Below, in pieces: positions 41,444-53,701 of a stretch of 64,000 nucleotides of DNA. The DNA lies in assembly GCA_951406725.2 (NCBI GenBank), contig OX597817.1:160952001-161016000 (forward strand). The letters run 5' to 3'. How positions within the stretch are numbered: the first letter of the stretch is position 1; every line of letters begins with the position of its first letter. This DNA is from Octopus vulgaris. Its lineage: Eukaryota. The notes beneath the pieces were generated by a model. The model was not told the origin of the DNA. It saw nothing but the letters and a program-made list of their open reading frames with translations, and did no database searches. The translations under genes and the position numbers were made by a program.

Positions 41444-41627
41444 AATGAAAGCGAAATTCTGTCTGTCCGCCTGGGACCCCTCTATCTCAGCCTATATTTG
41501 CTCTACATAGGCATATAATACCTTTTTGGAATCAGGATGATCCCAGGATTGAATATCTGCCCTTCATTTGGTTCTTGAGCATCCAGCATTGGGATCTAAC
41601 TTAAAAACGTGTGGGTTGCTATTTCTT

Positions 41628-41847
41628 ATTTCTTTACGACCCACAAGGGGCTAAACATAGAGGGGGACAAACAAGGACAGACAAAGGGATTAAGTCGATT
41701 ACATCGACCCCAGTGCGAAACTGGTACTTAATTTATCGACCCCGAAAGGATGAAAGGCAAAGTCGACCTCGGCGGAATTTGAACTCAGAACGTAACAGCA
41801 GACGAAATACGGCTACGCATTTCGCTCGGCGCGCTAACGTTTCTGCC
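41628..41847 (-). mobile_element. SINE family C
   Basis: Reverse-complement match to family C. Confidence 0.85.
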
Positions 41848-42115
41848 TGCTGTGGGGTTGCTATTTCTAGCAGGTAAAGCTTGGCTGATTCAGGTCCATC
41901 TTAGTGGCGTTTGTCTGATGACGTCAGAGATCAAGGGGAAGATAAATGACGTTCGCCTCGTTAATTTTACGTCGTGATAGAACTTTGGGACAAATTAGCC
42001 AACAGTTGGAATTCAACTTGGGACTGGAACAGTAGAATGATTGCATTGGAGAATTAATTCCAAGCCTTTCTTAACCTCTGATCAAACACCACCGGGGCAT
42101 ATGTGGCATTGTGGG

Positions 42116-42426
42116 GGAAGCACTCCGTCGGTTACAACGACGAGGGTTCCGGTTGATCCGAATCAACGGAACAGCCTGCTCGTGAAATTAACGTGTAAGT
42201 GGCTGAGCACTCCACAGACACGTGTAACCCTTAACGTAGTTCTCGGGGATATTCAGCGTGACACAGAGAGTGACAAGGCCGGCCCTTTGAAATACAGGTA
42301 CAACAGAAACAGGAAGTAAGAGTGAGAGAGCTTTAGGTGTTTTCGCTCAATAAACACTCACAACGCCCAGTCTGGGAATCGAAACCGCGAGTCTGCTGCC
42401 CTAACCACTGGGCCATTGCGCCTCCA
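42116..42426 (-). mobile_element. SINE family A with internal deletions
   Basis: Reverse-complement match to 198-583. Confidence 0.85.
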
Positions 42427-42539
42427 TAGTCATTGTAGACGTATAATAGTCATGCTATTTAGCTCTCCTTACTCATTCAATTAGCCCTCCGCAGGATCTA
42501 GTTTAAAAGTTCGCACGGAGTGCTGCTCTTAAGCTAGTC

Positions 42540-42931
42540 TCTCTCTATATATAAAGCTGAAGTTGTCTGTGTATGGCAGGTTTGGTAGCCTTCAACTAAC
42601 ACTATCTACTCCGAGACCCTGCGGCGCAAGTTGACAAAAATTGAGAGTATGATAGAAGAAGGCTTGCTCTTCCTTCCGTAGAAGAAAAAATTCAAATCGG
42701 ACCATGTTAACACCAAAAATTATTTACATCAAAAAGGTGCTTCTTTTCTATGAAAATCCCTATTTTTTACGATTTTTTTACTGCTGTGTCGCCATTTTTA
42801 GGTGTATTTCAACCAGAAAAATGTTCACTTAAAGAGAATAAGAAGTTGCATAATGCAAAATTTTTACTTTTCAAAAATTCCAATTCTAAAGGGTCGAAAC
42901 AAACCCGAGCAACGCCGAGCGATACTGCTAG
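42540..42931 (+). mobile_element. Non-autonomous Helitron with a different internal sequence
   Basis: TCTCTATATATAAAGCTGAAGTTGT start; CCCGAGCAACGCCGAGCGATACTGCTAG|T end. Confidence 0.82.
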
Positions 42932-42934
42932 TTC

Positions 42935-43620
42935 ATGATAAAAAGGTGTATTGGTGGAATGTCCCAATGAAAACCTCAATAAGATGTAAACTTAATAGAC
43001 CTGACAGAGTAATTTAGGATATGGAAGAGAAACTGTGTACAGTTGTGGAAATCAGCTGCCTGTGGATGTTAACATAAGGCTAAAGATTAACGGAAAGGAA
43101 AACATCTACGCGGAACTATTGAGGAATCTAAAGCTAATCTTTCCAGATTACAAGTACAGATTTATACCTGTAATTATTGGGGCACTAGGATGTGTAACAC
43201 ACTGCCTAAATACCAATCTTGAGAAATTAGACTTCTCAAAACCAGAAAGGAGAAAGCTGATTAGAAGACTACAGGTTCAATCGATCACTGGAACTGTAAA
43301 TATCTGTAAAATTTTCCAGAAGTTTGCCATTTAAGTATATACGAGGATGTCTAGACATGCAACAATATGTATGAGAATACATACATAAAACAAAACATAT
43401 AAATCTGCAAACATACATACATACATACAAACATACATACATACATACATACATACATACATACATACATACATACATACATGCATACATACATACATGC
43501 ATACATACATACATACATACATACAAAAATACCCTGTTGATTTGTTGAAATTCCAATGAAGGAGCCTTGGATCTATGTTAGAAACAGGCTCTTTATTGAC
43601 AAGAAATTTTGAAAGAAAAC
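42935..43620 (+). mobile_element. Decayed RLE LINE 3' end (endonuclease C-terminus and 3' UTR)
   Basis: WWNVPMKTSIRCKLNRPD...FIPVIIGALG motifs with frameshifts. Confidence 0.7.
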
Positions 43621-44361
43621 TGAATAACGACATACATGCATGCACGCACGCACACACAAACACACACACATACATAATATATACATACATACATACATAC
43701 ATACATACATACATACATACATACATACATACATACATACATACATACAATACATACATGCATTCATGCATGCATATACATACATACATAACCGGGTCAA
43801 TATGTCAATTGGTTTGTAAAACGCGGTACCAACATTGTCCGAGTAATTATCTTCCTTTTAATGACAAACATCTCCATCAAATTATTAGATTATTAACCTG
43901 TGAACTAACCCTGCTTTAACCTTGGATCTGAAATGATTAAATGACTGAGAACTTCTACATACATAAATATGCTATTATCCGTTATGCTGTCACTCAGACG
44001 CCAGATAGACAATATCTTGCGTGGTTTGAAGATTCAAAGATCATGGACATTAATAAGTTTCTAACCTCGGCAGTTTCTCCTTCACTAAAGTCCCCTGTTA
44101 GCTTGCTAACAATCATAACATTGCTGAAGGCTTATGAAATTAAGTTCGATATATGTAAACATATTTCTAGTTTCACTATTAATGAATTTCTGGGATTACA
44201 GCTCATGGTGACGTGACAAACCGACTTCCATATCTATGTGTGTGTGTGCGCGTATACATGCGTGTGTGTATGTGTGTGTGTGTGCATATATAAATATATA
44301 TATATACATACACATATACATGCTCATATATATATGTATGTATGTATATGTGTGTGTATTT

Positions 44362-44580
44362 CTTTCATTCTTCTACTTATTTCGGTCATTTGACTGCGGC
44401 CATGCTGGGGCATCACCCTTTAGTCGAGCAAATCGACTCTAGGACTTATTCTTTGTAAGCCTAGTACTTCTTCTATCGTTCTCTTTCGCCGAACCGCTAA
44501 GTTATGGGGGACGTAAACACACCAGCATCGGTTGTCAAGCGATAGTGGAGAGACAAATACAGACACACAAACATACACAC
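44362..44580 (-). mobile_element. SINE family B 3' half
   Basis: Reverse-complement match to the family B tail. Confidence 0.8.
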
Positions 44581-44659
44581 GCACATACACATATACATAT
44601 ATATGTTATATATACATATGTATATGTATATATATATATATATATATACATATATATTC

Positions 44660-44702
<43 letters not shown>

Positions 44703-44703
44703 C

Positions 44704-44745
<42 letters not shown>

Positions 44746-45523
44746 AAATATTGTGACTGTATCGAGTTTTCTTAACTCATACACACGCACACATATACAC
44801 ACACACATAAAAATATGTATGTATTTGTATGTATGTATGCATGCATGTATGAATGTCTTGCCTATCTGTATGTATGTGTGTATGTAAACGGCAGGGAGTG
44901 AAGAACGCCTCATATTTCCTTAAAGCTTGTCCCTGGATGAAGTAATTCTGATCTAAAACTCTCTAACAACGCTGAGACTGATATCTTGTCTCGACTTGTC
45001 TTGGATCTCCTTTGTTCTGATGATGAGAGCAGTCGCAATGTTGAGCAAGTTGTTCTCGTCTTAAATTCTGCACAAACATTACTAACCATTTTTTAAAAAA
45101 ATTTCTCTGCTGTTATGAAATGCATGCCGTTTTCTGCGTAGGGAAGAGGATGTTTTCTTTGCCAAACTTTGGAGAGGTAATCACCTACGCAGATCCCACA
45201 GGCTGGTGGTACACAGCTACTGACCTGTACATAAACGGCCTTTGGTAGGTTTTTCATTGAACAAGATAACGATGATTCTCAGTTGCCCCCGAAGATGTCT
45301 GAACCGCCTATTCAGTGTTGTGCTGCGCACCAGATTAATGGAAGAATCTCACCTATAAATTGCTTGTCTATCAATTATGTCCGGTTATTTTAACGTGAAT
45401 GACGGTGAGTGAGTGAGTGACAGAAACATTTGATTTTCATGGATGATACATGACTGAGACTGACAAAAAGACTTGAAGCAGACCTAAAATAGAGAATAAC
45501 GAAAGCACTTTGACAAACCTAAC

Positions 45524-45556
<33 letters not shown>

Positions 45557-45754
45557 AATTGATTGAGTGAGTGAGTGAGTGAGTGAGTGAGTGACTGACT
45601 GACTGACTGACTGACTGACTGACTGACTGATTGATTGATTGACTGAAAGATTAATCAAAATTACATAATTATTTTTAAATATTTCTCACTATTTTTTATC
45701 TTTTTTATATATTTTCCTTTTTCCCCTTGACATAGATCTTACTTATCATTTCAG

Positions 45755-45903
45755 ATTTACGAAGCTTACCAATATGCTAAAAAGAATAGTATTTGGGAAC
45801 TGAAGGCCTATGCTATGAGCAATGCCCAAGAATATTGGGCAGAAGGTACTGGGGCCTTTTTTCGATCTAATTTGCTCACGTACGCTGCTGGTAAAATGAA
45901 CAT
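45755..45903 (+). CDS. HEXXH metallopeptidase exon with catalytic Tyr and third zinc ligand (YAMSNAQEYWAEG)
   Basis: catttcAG / GTAAGT; IYEAYQYAKKNSIWELKAYAMSNAQEYWAEGTGAFFRSNLLTYAAGKMN; phases 0 to 2. Confidence 0.9.
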
Positions 45904-46100
45904 GTAAGTATATAACATTATAAATATACACCATTGCTACAACTGTATCGCAAATATTAAAATTCCGCTTTAGGACCAAGAAAGACATTAATTTCTGACT
46001 GTAAATCCCGAATAAGTTCCTCGTCAGAGAATTACACACGTATGTGTGACCGCACACTAAAGTATTTATTCCACACACACACACGCACGCACACGCACGC

Positions 46101-46171
<71 letters not shown>

Positions 46172-46317
46172 TGGTTTTTCTTATATCGATCAGTGCTCCA
46201 GTGATACTTATTTTATCGACGCCGAAAGGATGAGAAGCAAAGTCGACCTCGCCGGAATTTGAGCTCAGAACGTTAAGCATTTTGTCCGGCATGCTAACGA
46301 TTCTGCCAGCTCACCGT

Positions 46318-46371
<54 letters not shown>

Positions 46372-46387
46372 TAATAATAATAATAAT

Positions 46388-46755
46388 TTGTGATAGATAA
46401 AGGAAAAAAGGAAACCAAGATTATAGATATTACAATACCTGGGGATGCACACATAAGTGACAAAGAACTAGATAAGATTGAAAAGTACAGACTTCTAGAA
46501 GACGAAATTGCAAGAATGTGGGCTATGAAGAGAGTGTCTGTCATCTCAGTAATTGTAGGGGCACTCAGAGCACTAACAACCAAGTTCGAGAAATATGTCA
46601 GAGAAATCGAAATTGATATGAGAGCAGAGCAAGACCCCAAAATTGTTCTGATGGGGACAACTAGGATTTTGAGATCGGTACTTGGATGTTGAATGTCCGC
46701 TCTCACATAATCTGCCGGAGCAAACAAGACCGAACACTCTGAGAAGTAAAACAAT
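46388..46755 (+). mobile_element. RLE LINE 3' fragment in (TAA)n
   Basis: IIDITIPGD...KIEKY..LEDEIARMW...VIVGAL...KIVLMGTTRILR; flanked by AAT repeats. Confidence 0.8.
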
Positions 46756-47068
46756 AATAGTAATAATAAAATAATAATAATAATATTTTAAAGATATTGA
46801 CGTAACGCCTCAAAGATTAATAGACAATACGAAGAGTGTGATGCGATTGCATTAGATATTTTATTGGTTGAACGATATTTCAACAACTTGCCTGTCTTTG
46901 TCGAGTTCAGAATGAAAAGTGATACATAGAAATTCAAAATTATAGAAATTCAAATTTAAAATTTGAACGAAGGCAACCAGTGTTCCCACATTAATAGAAT
47001 GATGTCGTCAGTCTTCAATTTTCAAGTTGACAACTGGCAAAAAGAAAAGAGAAAGAAAAAAAGAAAAG

Positions 47069-47269
47069 GAAAAAGAAGAATATTTAATCAAACAGTTTCG
47101 TGTAAATATGATGAAAGGTCCGTCATTTTGTTTATCCCTTCAGGGTGTAATGCTAAATGCATGAGGAGAAACATGTTTGTGAGTTAACATCATGCCCTGA
47201 AGGGATAAATAAAATGACAGGGGAATTTCATCATATTTACACAAAACTGATTAAATATTCTTCTTTTTC
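47069..47269. mobile_element. About 200-bp hairpin MITE
   Basis: GAAAAAGAAGAATATTTAATC...TTTATCCCTTCAGGG / CCCTGAAGGGATAAA...GATTAAATATTCTTCTTTTTC. Confidence 0.75.
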
Positions 47270-47602
47270 GTTTCAATAATGAGAAATTAAATTATACTAT
47301 ATGCTTTATTATTATTTTTATAAAGAGATTTAACGTATTACATATAATTTAATGGGATGTTCGTTCAACATCCTTAAACAATCCTTATTCAGGGACCTTT
47401 TGAGCGGGATGGGCTACTCGACCAGAAGAAAATTCTAACTGGACCCTACCTGTAAGGTCATGTGCTGTTTATCTTGATATGAGATCACCATGTCGCACAC
47501 GTATGGCTGTGATGCATGTGCCTTATCAGACGGGTAGTCATGGTGGGTATACTGGGCTTCGTATATTTTACCCCACTTTGATGGCATGCACTGCTCTCTC
47601 AC

Positions 47603-47668
<66 letters not shown>

Positions 47669-47669
<1 letters not shown>

Positions 47670-47950
47670 GAGGTAACCAGAATGTGGAATCTAAAGACAG
47701 AAACAATTCCTATCATAGTAGGTGCATTAAGCATGATAAAAAAATATTCAGACAAATACATAACAAAAACACCAGGACTTACAAACACATATAACATACA
47801 GAAAATTGCACTACTAGGCACTGCACACATCCTACGCAGAACACTTTCCATACAATAACCATCAGAGCATCAACAAATCACAGCACATACCCAAGGCACA
47901 CAGAGCTGCGCTCGGTAGTGAAGTGAAAGCACGCTATAAAAATAAAACTA

Positions 47951-47953
<3 letters not shown>
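47669..47953 (+). mobile_element. RLE LINE 3' end in (TAA)n
   Basis: EVTRMWNLKTETIPIIVGAL...QKIALLGTAHILRRTLSIQ*; (AAT)n on both sides. Confidence 0.85.
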
Positions 47954-48022
<69 letters not shown>

Positions 48023-48133
48023 GACAGGGACAATGGTCAAGAGGGGAATAATTTGATCGTGAGTCGATTCAATCAGGGCGTTATGGTACAAAACAATAAT
48101 AACAGCCACTAAGAATGATCTCGTTTTTTCCAG

Positions 48134-48278
48134 GTGTAACCAGACAGCGCTGTGCTCAACGGAAATGGATGCTCGAGATAATCTAAGACGAAGAGACGCG
48201 AAATTGTTTGAAATACTCTCCTATGTCTACACAGACAACAGACCTGAACTGAAGAGTGGCATGAAGACATGCATGTGA
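48134..48278 (+). CDS. HEXXH metallopeptidase terminal exon
   Basis: ttttccAG acceptor; AT+G=Met, then CNQTALCSTEMDARDNLRRRDAKLFEILSYVYTDNRPELKSGMKTCM*. Confidence 0.85.
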
Positions 48279-48463
48279 ACCACACACACACACATACACA
48301 GACGCACAGACACACACACACACAAACACACGCGCTCGCACAGAGGACAGTGACAATTAAAACTACGATGTAATACTCATCACCAATAATTGTGATTTAT
48401 TATCTGGGAGTTAAGACTGCGTGTAAGGCGTTGCTCGTTAACGCATGAGTAAACATTTAAGAT

Positions 48464-49525
48464 TAATGGTTCTCAACTGGGGTCCGTTTGGGCCCTAGGG
48501 GTCCATATAGAAATTTGGGGGGTTCACGCAAGCAAAATAGTTAACTGACGATCCACAGTCGTATTTTACGGCACATGAAAAAAATGCTTTACTGTAGATG
48601 TATTTATCGTAAGAAACAGTTAGGTCGTTCTTCTAATATTTCACATTGTTTCACGAGTTGGATCTTTTCGGTTTAAACGGCAGTTTTTTCTAGCGGTGTC
48701 ATATGAAATTCTCACTCATAATTATGACCCTAGAATCGATCTATTGCATTTCAATCTATTTTAGGGTTAGGGTTAGTTAGGGTTAGGGTTAGGGGTGGAG
48801 GGAAGGGTATCTTTTTTTCTTCACAAATGTAAATAAACCCAATCTGTTTCTTAAACGAGGAAAATATTCATACGGCACAGAATGCTTTTTAACTCAATAG
48901 ACGTCACTGATAGGTTGAAATTGCAGAAATTGAAGAAAAAAAAAACAACAAATATCTTACAAACTATAGAATTTTCTCAATAAACCCAAGAGAAAAAGAT
49001 GTTTTGTAAACACATTCTACCAGTATACGAAGTTTAAAATTTTTTAGTTACCTAGAAATTATGTTAAAAACTGCCGTTCAAACCGAAAAGATCCCACGAG
49101 TTTCCAATCATTGAAACATGTTCGCTCAGTGAGTGTTATTGCGAACTTATACAAGTAAACGTGTGAAAAAGAAAATAAGGATTTTGAAAACAATATATAT
49201 ATTTTTTATTTTTATTTTTATTTCATCTGGTTTCAGCTCACGAGCTGTGGCCATGCTGGGGCACCGCCATTTGGTGTTGCTACATGATTTTACTTCACGA
49301 ATGCATTTTAGCAATTGACATTTGGTGCATGAGAGAGTTTGATGCAGCTGCCCTCATCTGCGCCTCCTGCCGCGAAGTTGGTTCATCTGGGACACCTGAC
49401 AGGAAGAGGTCCAGCTGTAAAAAAAAAATTAAAGCTACCTTTAAACATCGAATTTCTATGGGGTTTCACAGGAATAAAATAGTAATTGAATGGAGGGGGG
49501 TGGCATAAATGGTTGAGAACCACTG
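48464..49525. mobile_element. hAT-like MITE hosting nested insertions (related copy about 57156-57706)
   Basis: TIRs (T)AATGGTTCTCAAC / GGTTGAGAACCACTG; imperfect 8-bp flanks TTTAAGAT / TTTTAGAT. Confidence 0.65.
48660..49094. mobile_element. Merlin-like non-autonomous DNA transposon with internal TTAGGG repeats
   Basis: TIRs GGATCTTTTCGGTTT / AAACCGAAAAGATCC; perfect 8-bp TSD CACGAGTT. Confidence 0.82.
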
Positions 49526-49609
49526 TTTTAGATGATCTTGGACTTTTATAAATATGTGTTCGTCTCTGTTTGTGTGTATATGTATATGCATGCGTGCGTG
49601 TGTGCGTGC

Positions 49610-49640
<31 letters not shown>

Positions 49641-50113
49641 CGTGTGTCTACATTGTTTTTAACTGAGACTGCTACAAGAGTTACTCAGGGAACTGGAGTT
49701 CCGTATCGAAGCACTTTACAATGATTGAAACGTAAATTGTTACGATCCTTTAGTTCCCCAGACTAACTCCAGTAGTATTCTCCGGCAATAAAAATAAAGT
49801 TATATATATAAATATATATACACTGTTTAATGTGTTGAGTTTTCTTTCTTCCATATGCAAAACCGAACACACACATACATCCATACATATATATATATAT
49901 ATACAAGCACACACACACACACGCACATATACACACACACATCAGAAAAAGAAATAACCGATTATCTTATGAACTTCATTACCTTACGGCTGTTTCCGCT
50001 ATAGGATGCGGTGGAAAATGTATTTGTTTTCCCCAATAAATTGCACTTCATGTTTGAGGCTCTGATTAAACTGTAAAGTGTTACTCAGACACTCAAATTT
50101 GAGTTCCCGCGTC

Positions 50114-50175
<62 letters not shown>

Positions 50176-50829
50176 TACAAAATGGGACAAAAGCGCAAAC
50201 ATCCAGACATCTAGGTGATACAAAAAGGGACAACAAAACATCCAGGTAGGCGATACAAGGAAAACAAGGACGGGCCATTCGAAGTTGTCTATCCTCAGTC
50301 AAGCATCAGATTATCCTCGCAATTTCGGCTGATTATTCTTGAGATTGCTCCAATCTGGTCAACCCCAAGGAAAAACTAAGCTAAGAGCATCAGGTTCCTT
50401 GGAAGAAAGCAGCGAATGTATACAAAAGCGAGGGCGGAAAAAACGGACAAAGTTACACAAATATAAATACAATAATAAATGCAATAAAAATAATAACAGA
50501 ACATAACAACAGGTGTCTTTCGTCTAAAGATGAATTGAATTAAGCTGGCGCGGTGGAAATAAAGCCTTACGGCAGAGATACAAAATTTTCACAAACACAG
50601 GGAAGAATTGGTTCAAATGTGTTTGGGACATACTTCAAATTCTAAAGGAAATTGCACTGAAGTTTTACCATGGAAATAAATTCTTCGTTTATAGTAAAAG
50701 GTCTAAAGACACCCTATCTGCTCATTACTGCCCGCTATTGGGCTCCTAGATGCATTTCTTATTCCTTAATTCTACTCAAATACGGTACTTTATACATACA
50801 TACATACATACATACATACATACATACAT

Positions 50830-50899
<70 letters not shown>

Positions 50900-51995
50900 A
50901 AACATTGGTTATAGAATAGGCATTAAATTTGGGTCAACGACTTTACATACAACACTACCTCTCAAACATTTATTCATATATAAAAATCACCATGGTTCTC
51001 AAACACATAAAAAATAATACATATACATAAAATCACAGAAGGTAAAAATATATAATCGGATAAAATACAAATAGAACGGCCTATCAACAAGTTACATACA
51101 AACAGCTAAAAATTCAAAAACTACCAAAATACCTAATAGACAAATATAAAATAAGTAAAGGTAAAAATAAAATAATATAAAATAAATGTCTACCGACAAA
51201 AAAGTTTTATCAGACGATTAAAATATTTTTAAAACATTATTTTTAATATTTGAAAAAATATTTGAAAAAAGTCTTTTACTTCCCTCATGCAAGTACGTCC
51301 AAATTTCTTAAGTAAACAGGTTGCCACAGGTCAAATTCACAGACATCTTGAAAAAGAATTTTTACTTCCCTCACACAAGTACGTCCAAAAGTTCATGATA
51401 AGCAGACTTCACAGGTCAAATTCAACATTCACATATATCTATGGCCATTTCGGGAGCTCACCACCGCAGTTTATTTACACTAAAGTGCAACACGGCGATG
51501 ATACTCTCATCAGGATAAACAGGAGACACGCACAGATCAAAATTTTCTCTTATGAAAAGCTTATATAATTTAAAAGAAAAACCCATCAGTGGACCAGTCC
51601 AAATTTTCTAGGGTAAATAAACTGCTGTTTTGTTTCTAACCCTTTTGTTTCTATAAAAAGAGATAAATATTAATTCGTGTGTGGACCCATAGGCAATTTA
51701 TTATATAACAATTTACGGTTTACAAGTTCTACTCTTTCTGAAATTATTAGCTTTTCTGCCATAGTTACCGATCTGAAAGACAGAAAAATAAAGTTAGATA
51801 TGATAATTATATGATGAAAATCATGTTAAAGATAAGAAGTACTTTTTTGTAATTTCTCTATGGGTCCAGACTTTTGCATCACCCTGTATGTATATATATA
51901 TATATAGGAAGAGTTCACGAAAAAAACAAAAGACGAAGACAGGTGGTGTAGAAAACAAACAGATGTATCAGTATAACGCTCAGGAATAGAAAAGT

Positions 51996-52031
51996 CTTTT
52001 ACGTTTCGAGCCTACGCTCTTCTACAGAAAG
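51996..52031 (-). ncRNA. Minimal hammerhead ribozyme-like motif (variant core)
   Basis: Minus strand: CTTT-CTGTAGA-A-GAGC(GTAG)GCTC-GAAAC-GTA-AAAG. Confidence 0.5.
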
Positions 52032-52097
52032 GGACACAGAAAAAACAAGAAGAGAAAAAAATGTGTGTAGTGGCTACCGATCTATCATGGCGACTGT

Positions 52098-52155
<58 letters not shown>

Positions 52156-52327
52156 AATATTAGGGAATAAATCCAAATTTACAGGGAAAAAATCAGATTT
52201 AGGATTAAATCCAATTTTATAGTAAAATATTATATAATATTATTAGAGACAAAACCACTATTTTGCAAAACAAACAAAGAAAGACTTAATCAATACATAA
52301 AATTTTAATAAAAAGTCAAAAAAACCG

Positions 52328-52370
52328 CCACTACAATTGTTTCTTGTCTTGATCGACAATCTTCAGGTGG
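52328..52370 (-). ncRNA. Minimal type I hammerhead ribozyme (Penelope-type)
   Basis: Minus strand: CCAC-CTGAAGA-TTGTC(GATCAA)GACAA-GAAAC(AATT)GTA-GTGG; complete core, stems I and II, palindromic stem III. Confidence 0.78.
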
Positions 52371-52924
52371 ACTTCCAATCTAAAATATCAATATTTTAAA
52401 ATATAAAAATAATAATTTTAAAATAATTAAAGTATTAATGAAAAAATATAAATATATAATCTATTTATAACCTATATATAATCCATATATAATCAATATA
52501 TAAACAATATATAAAATAGTGGTTTTGTCTCTAATAATATTATATATATATATAGTAACATATTTACACGAGGCCTAGCATATAAATACTTGCAAATATA
52601 TATAAGTATCCATTGATATCTGTAGACCTTTCCCTCAAAGATAGATACTCTCACCTCAAAGATCATTATAATTTAATTACGGAAGAGTTTTTTGAAGTCT
52701 TTGACTACAAAAATTAAAGAAGAAAGATATTCATTGGTGACTCTGCCTTAACTAATTAACATTTTTAATTCTAAAATATCGCCCTTTTCTAAACTAAAGC
52801 GTATGTCACATGACAATATTACCACAGTGAACAAAATGGAATTTAGGCCTCAGAAAACATAGTTCGGTGCCCAGGGAAATTTCAGAATCGAGTTCGATTA
52901 CTGACACAGTAAGACAGATCTTTC

Positions 52925-53222
52925 TTTTCTTTTTGCTTGTTTCAGTCACTAGATGCAGCCGTGCTGGGGCACTTTGTAAGCTTAGTATTTGTTCTATCAG
53001 TCTCCTTTTGCCGAACCCTTAAGTTACGGGGGCATATACAAACCAACACCGACTGTCAAGCGGCGGTGGGGGTCAGACACAAAGACACACACACACACAC
53101 ACATATGCGGCAGGTTTCTTTCAGCTTCTGTTTACCAAAATCACTTACAAGGTTGGCCCGGGGCTATAATAGAAGAACCCGGAACCATGTGGTTGAGAAG
53201 CAAGCTTCTTACTACGCAGCCA
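52925..53222 (-). mobile_element. SINE family B, deleted/diverged
   Basis: Reverse-complement match to family B. Confidence 0.65.
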
Positions 53223-53701
53223 ATATCACATGACGATGCGAGCGATCTGCCCTTTGACCCACTTAAACGCAGTGTCACCACTGATTGCTTTCTCAATTTG
53301 TACATTAAGGTTCTTTGAATATGTACGACGTATTTTAAGGTTAAATAGTAATTTCATTTACGTTTGTGTAACTGGGATATTTTGGTTGGATTATATAGTC
53401 ATTGGTGTTACATTACTTTCTATATTCTGTAACTGTCACAGTACACTTTTCTAGGCTTGAATTTTTTGTGGGGGAGGGGGCCAGTTGATTTGATCGGTCC
53501 CCCGTACACAACTGATACTTAATTTATTGATCCTGAAAGGACGAAAGGCAAAGTCAATCTTGGCAGAATTTGGACTCAGAACGTAAAGGCAGACGGTCAT
53601 AATATACAAACATTTCTCATGGCACCAGTACACCGTTTACAGATGCTTACATTTTTCATGCTTTCCGTGAATAGTTCACGGGTCCAGCTAGTTATTATTA
53701 T

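Noticed and set aside
40621-41518. 186-272 aa MYVC/HTYI ORFs
   Set aside because: (CATA/CATG)n repeat
45891-45896. Alternative donor GTAAAA for the peptidase exon
   Set aside because: Gives the wrong phase for the last exon; GTAAGT at 45904 is stronger and in frame
48761-48795. TTAGGG repeats as a telomere or chromosome-fusion scar
   Set aside because: Short and internal to a TIR element with a TSD
50270-50400. Hammerhead-like fragments (also near 8141-8190, 29221, 41915)
   Set aside because: Core incomplete or mis-ordered (no GAAA or no stem II); at best decayed Penelope-type remnants
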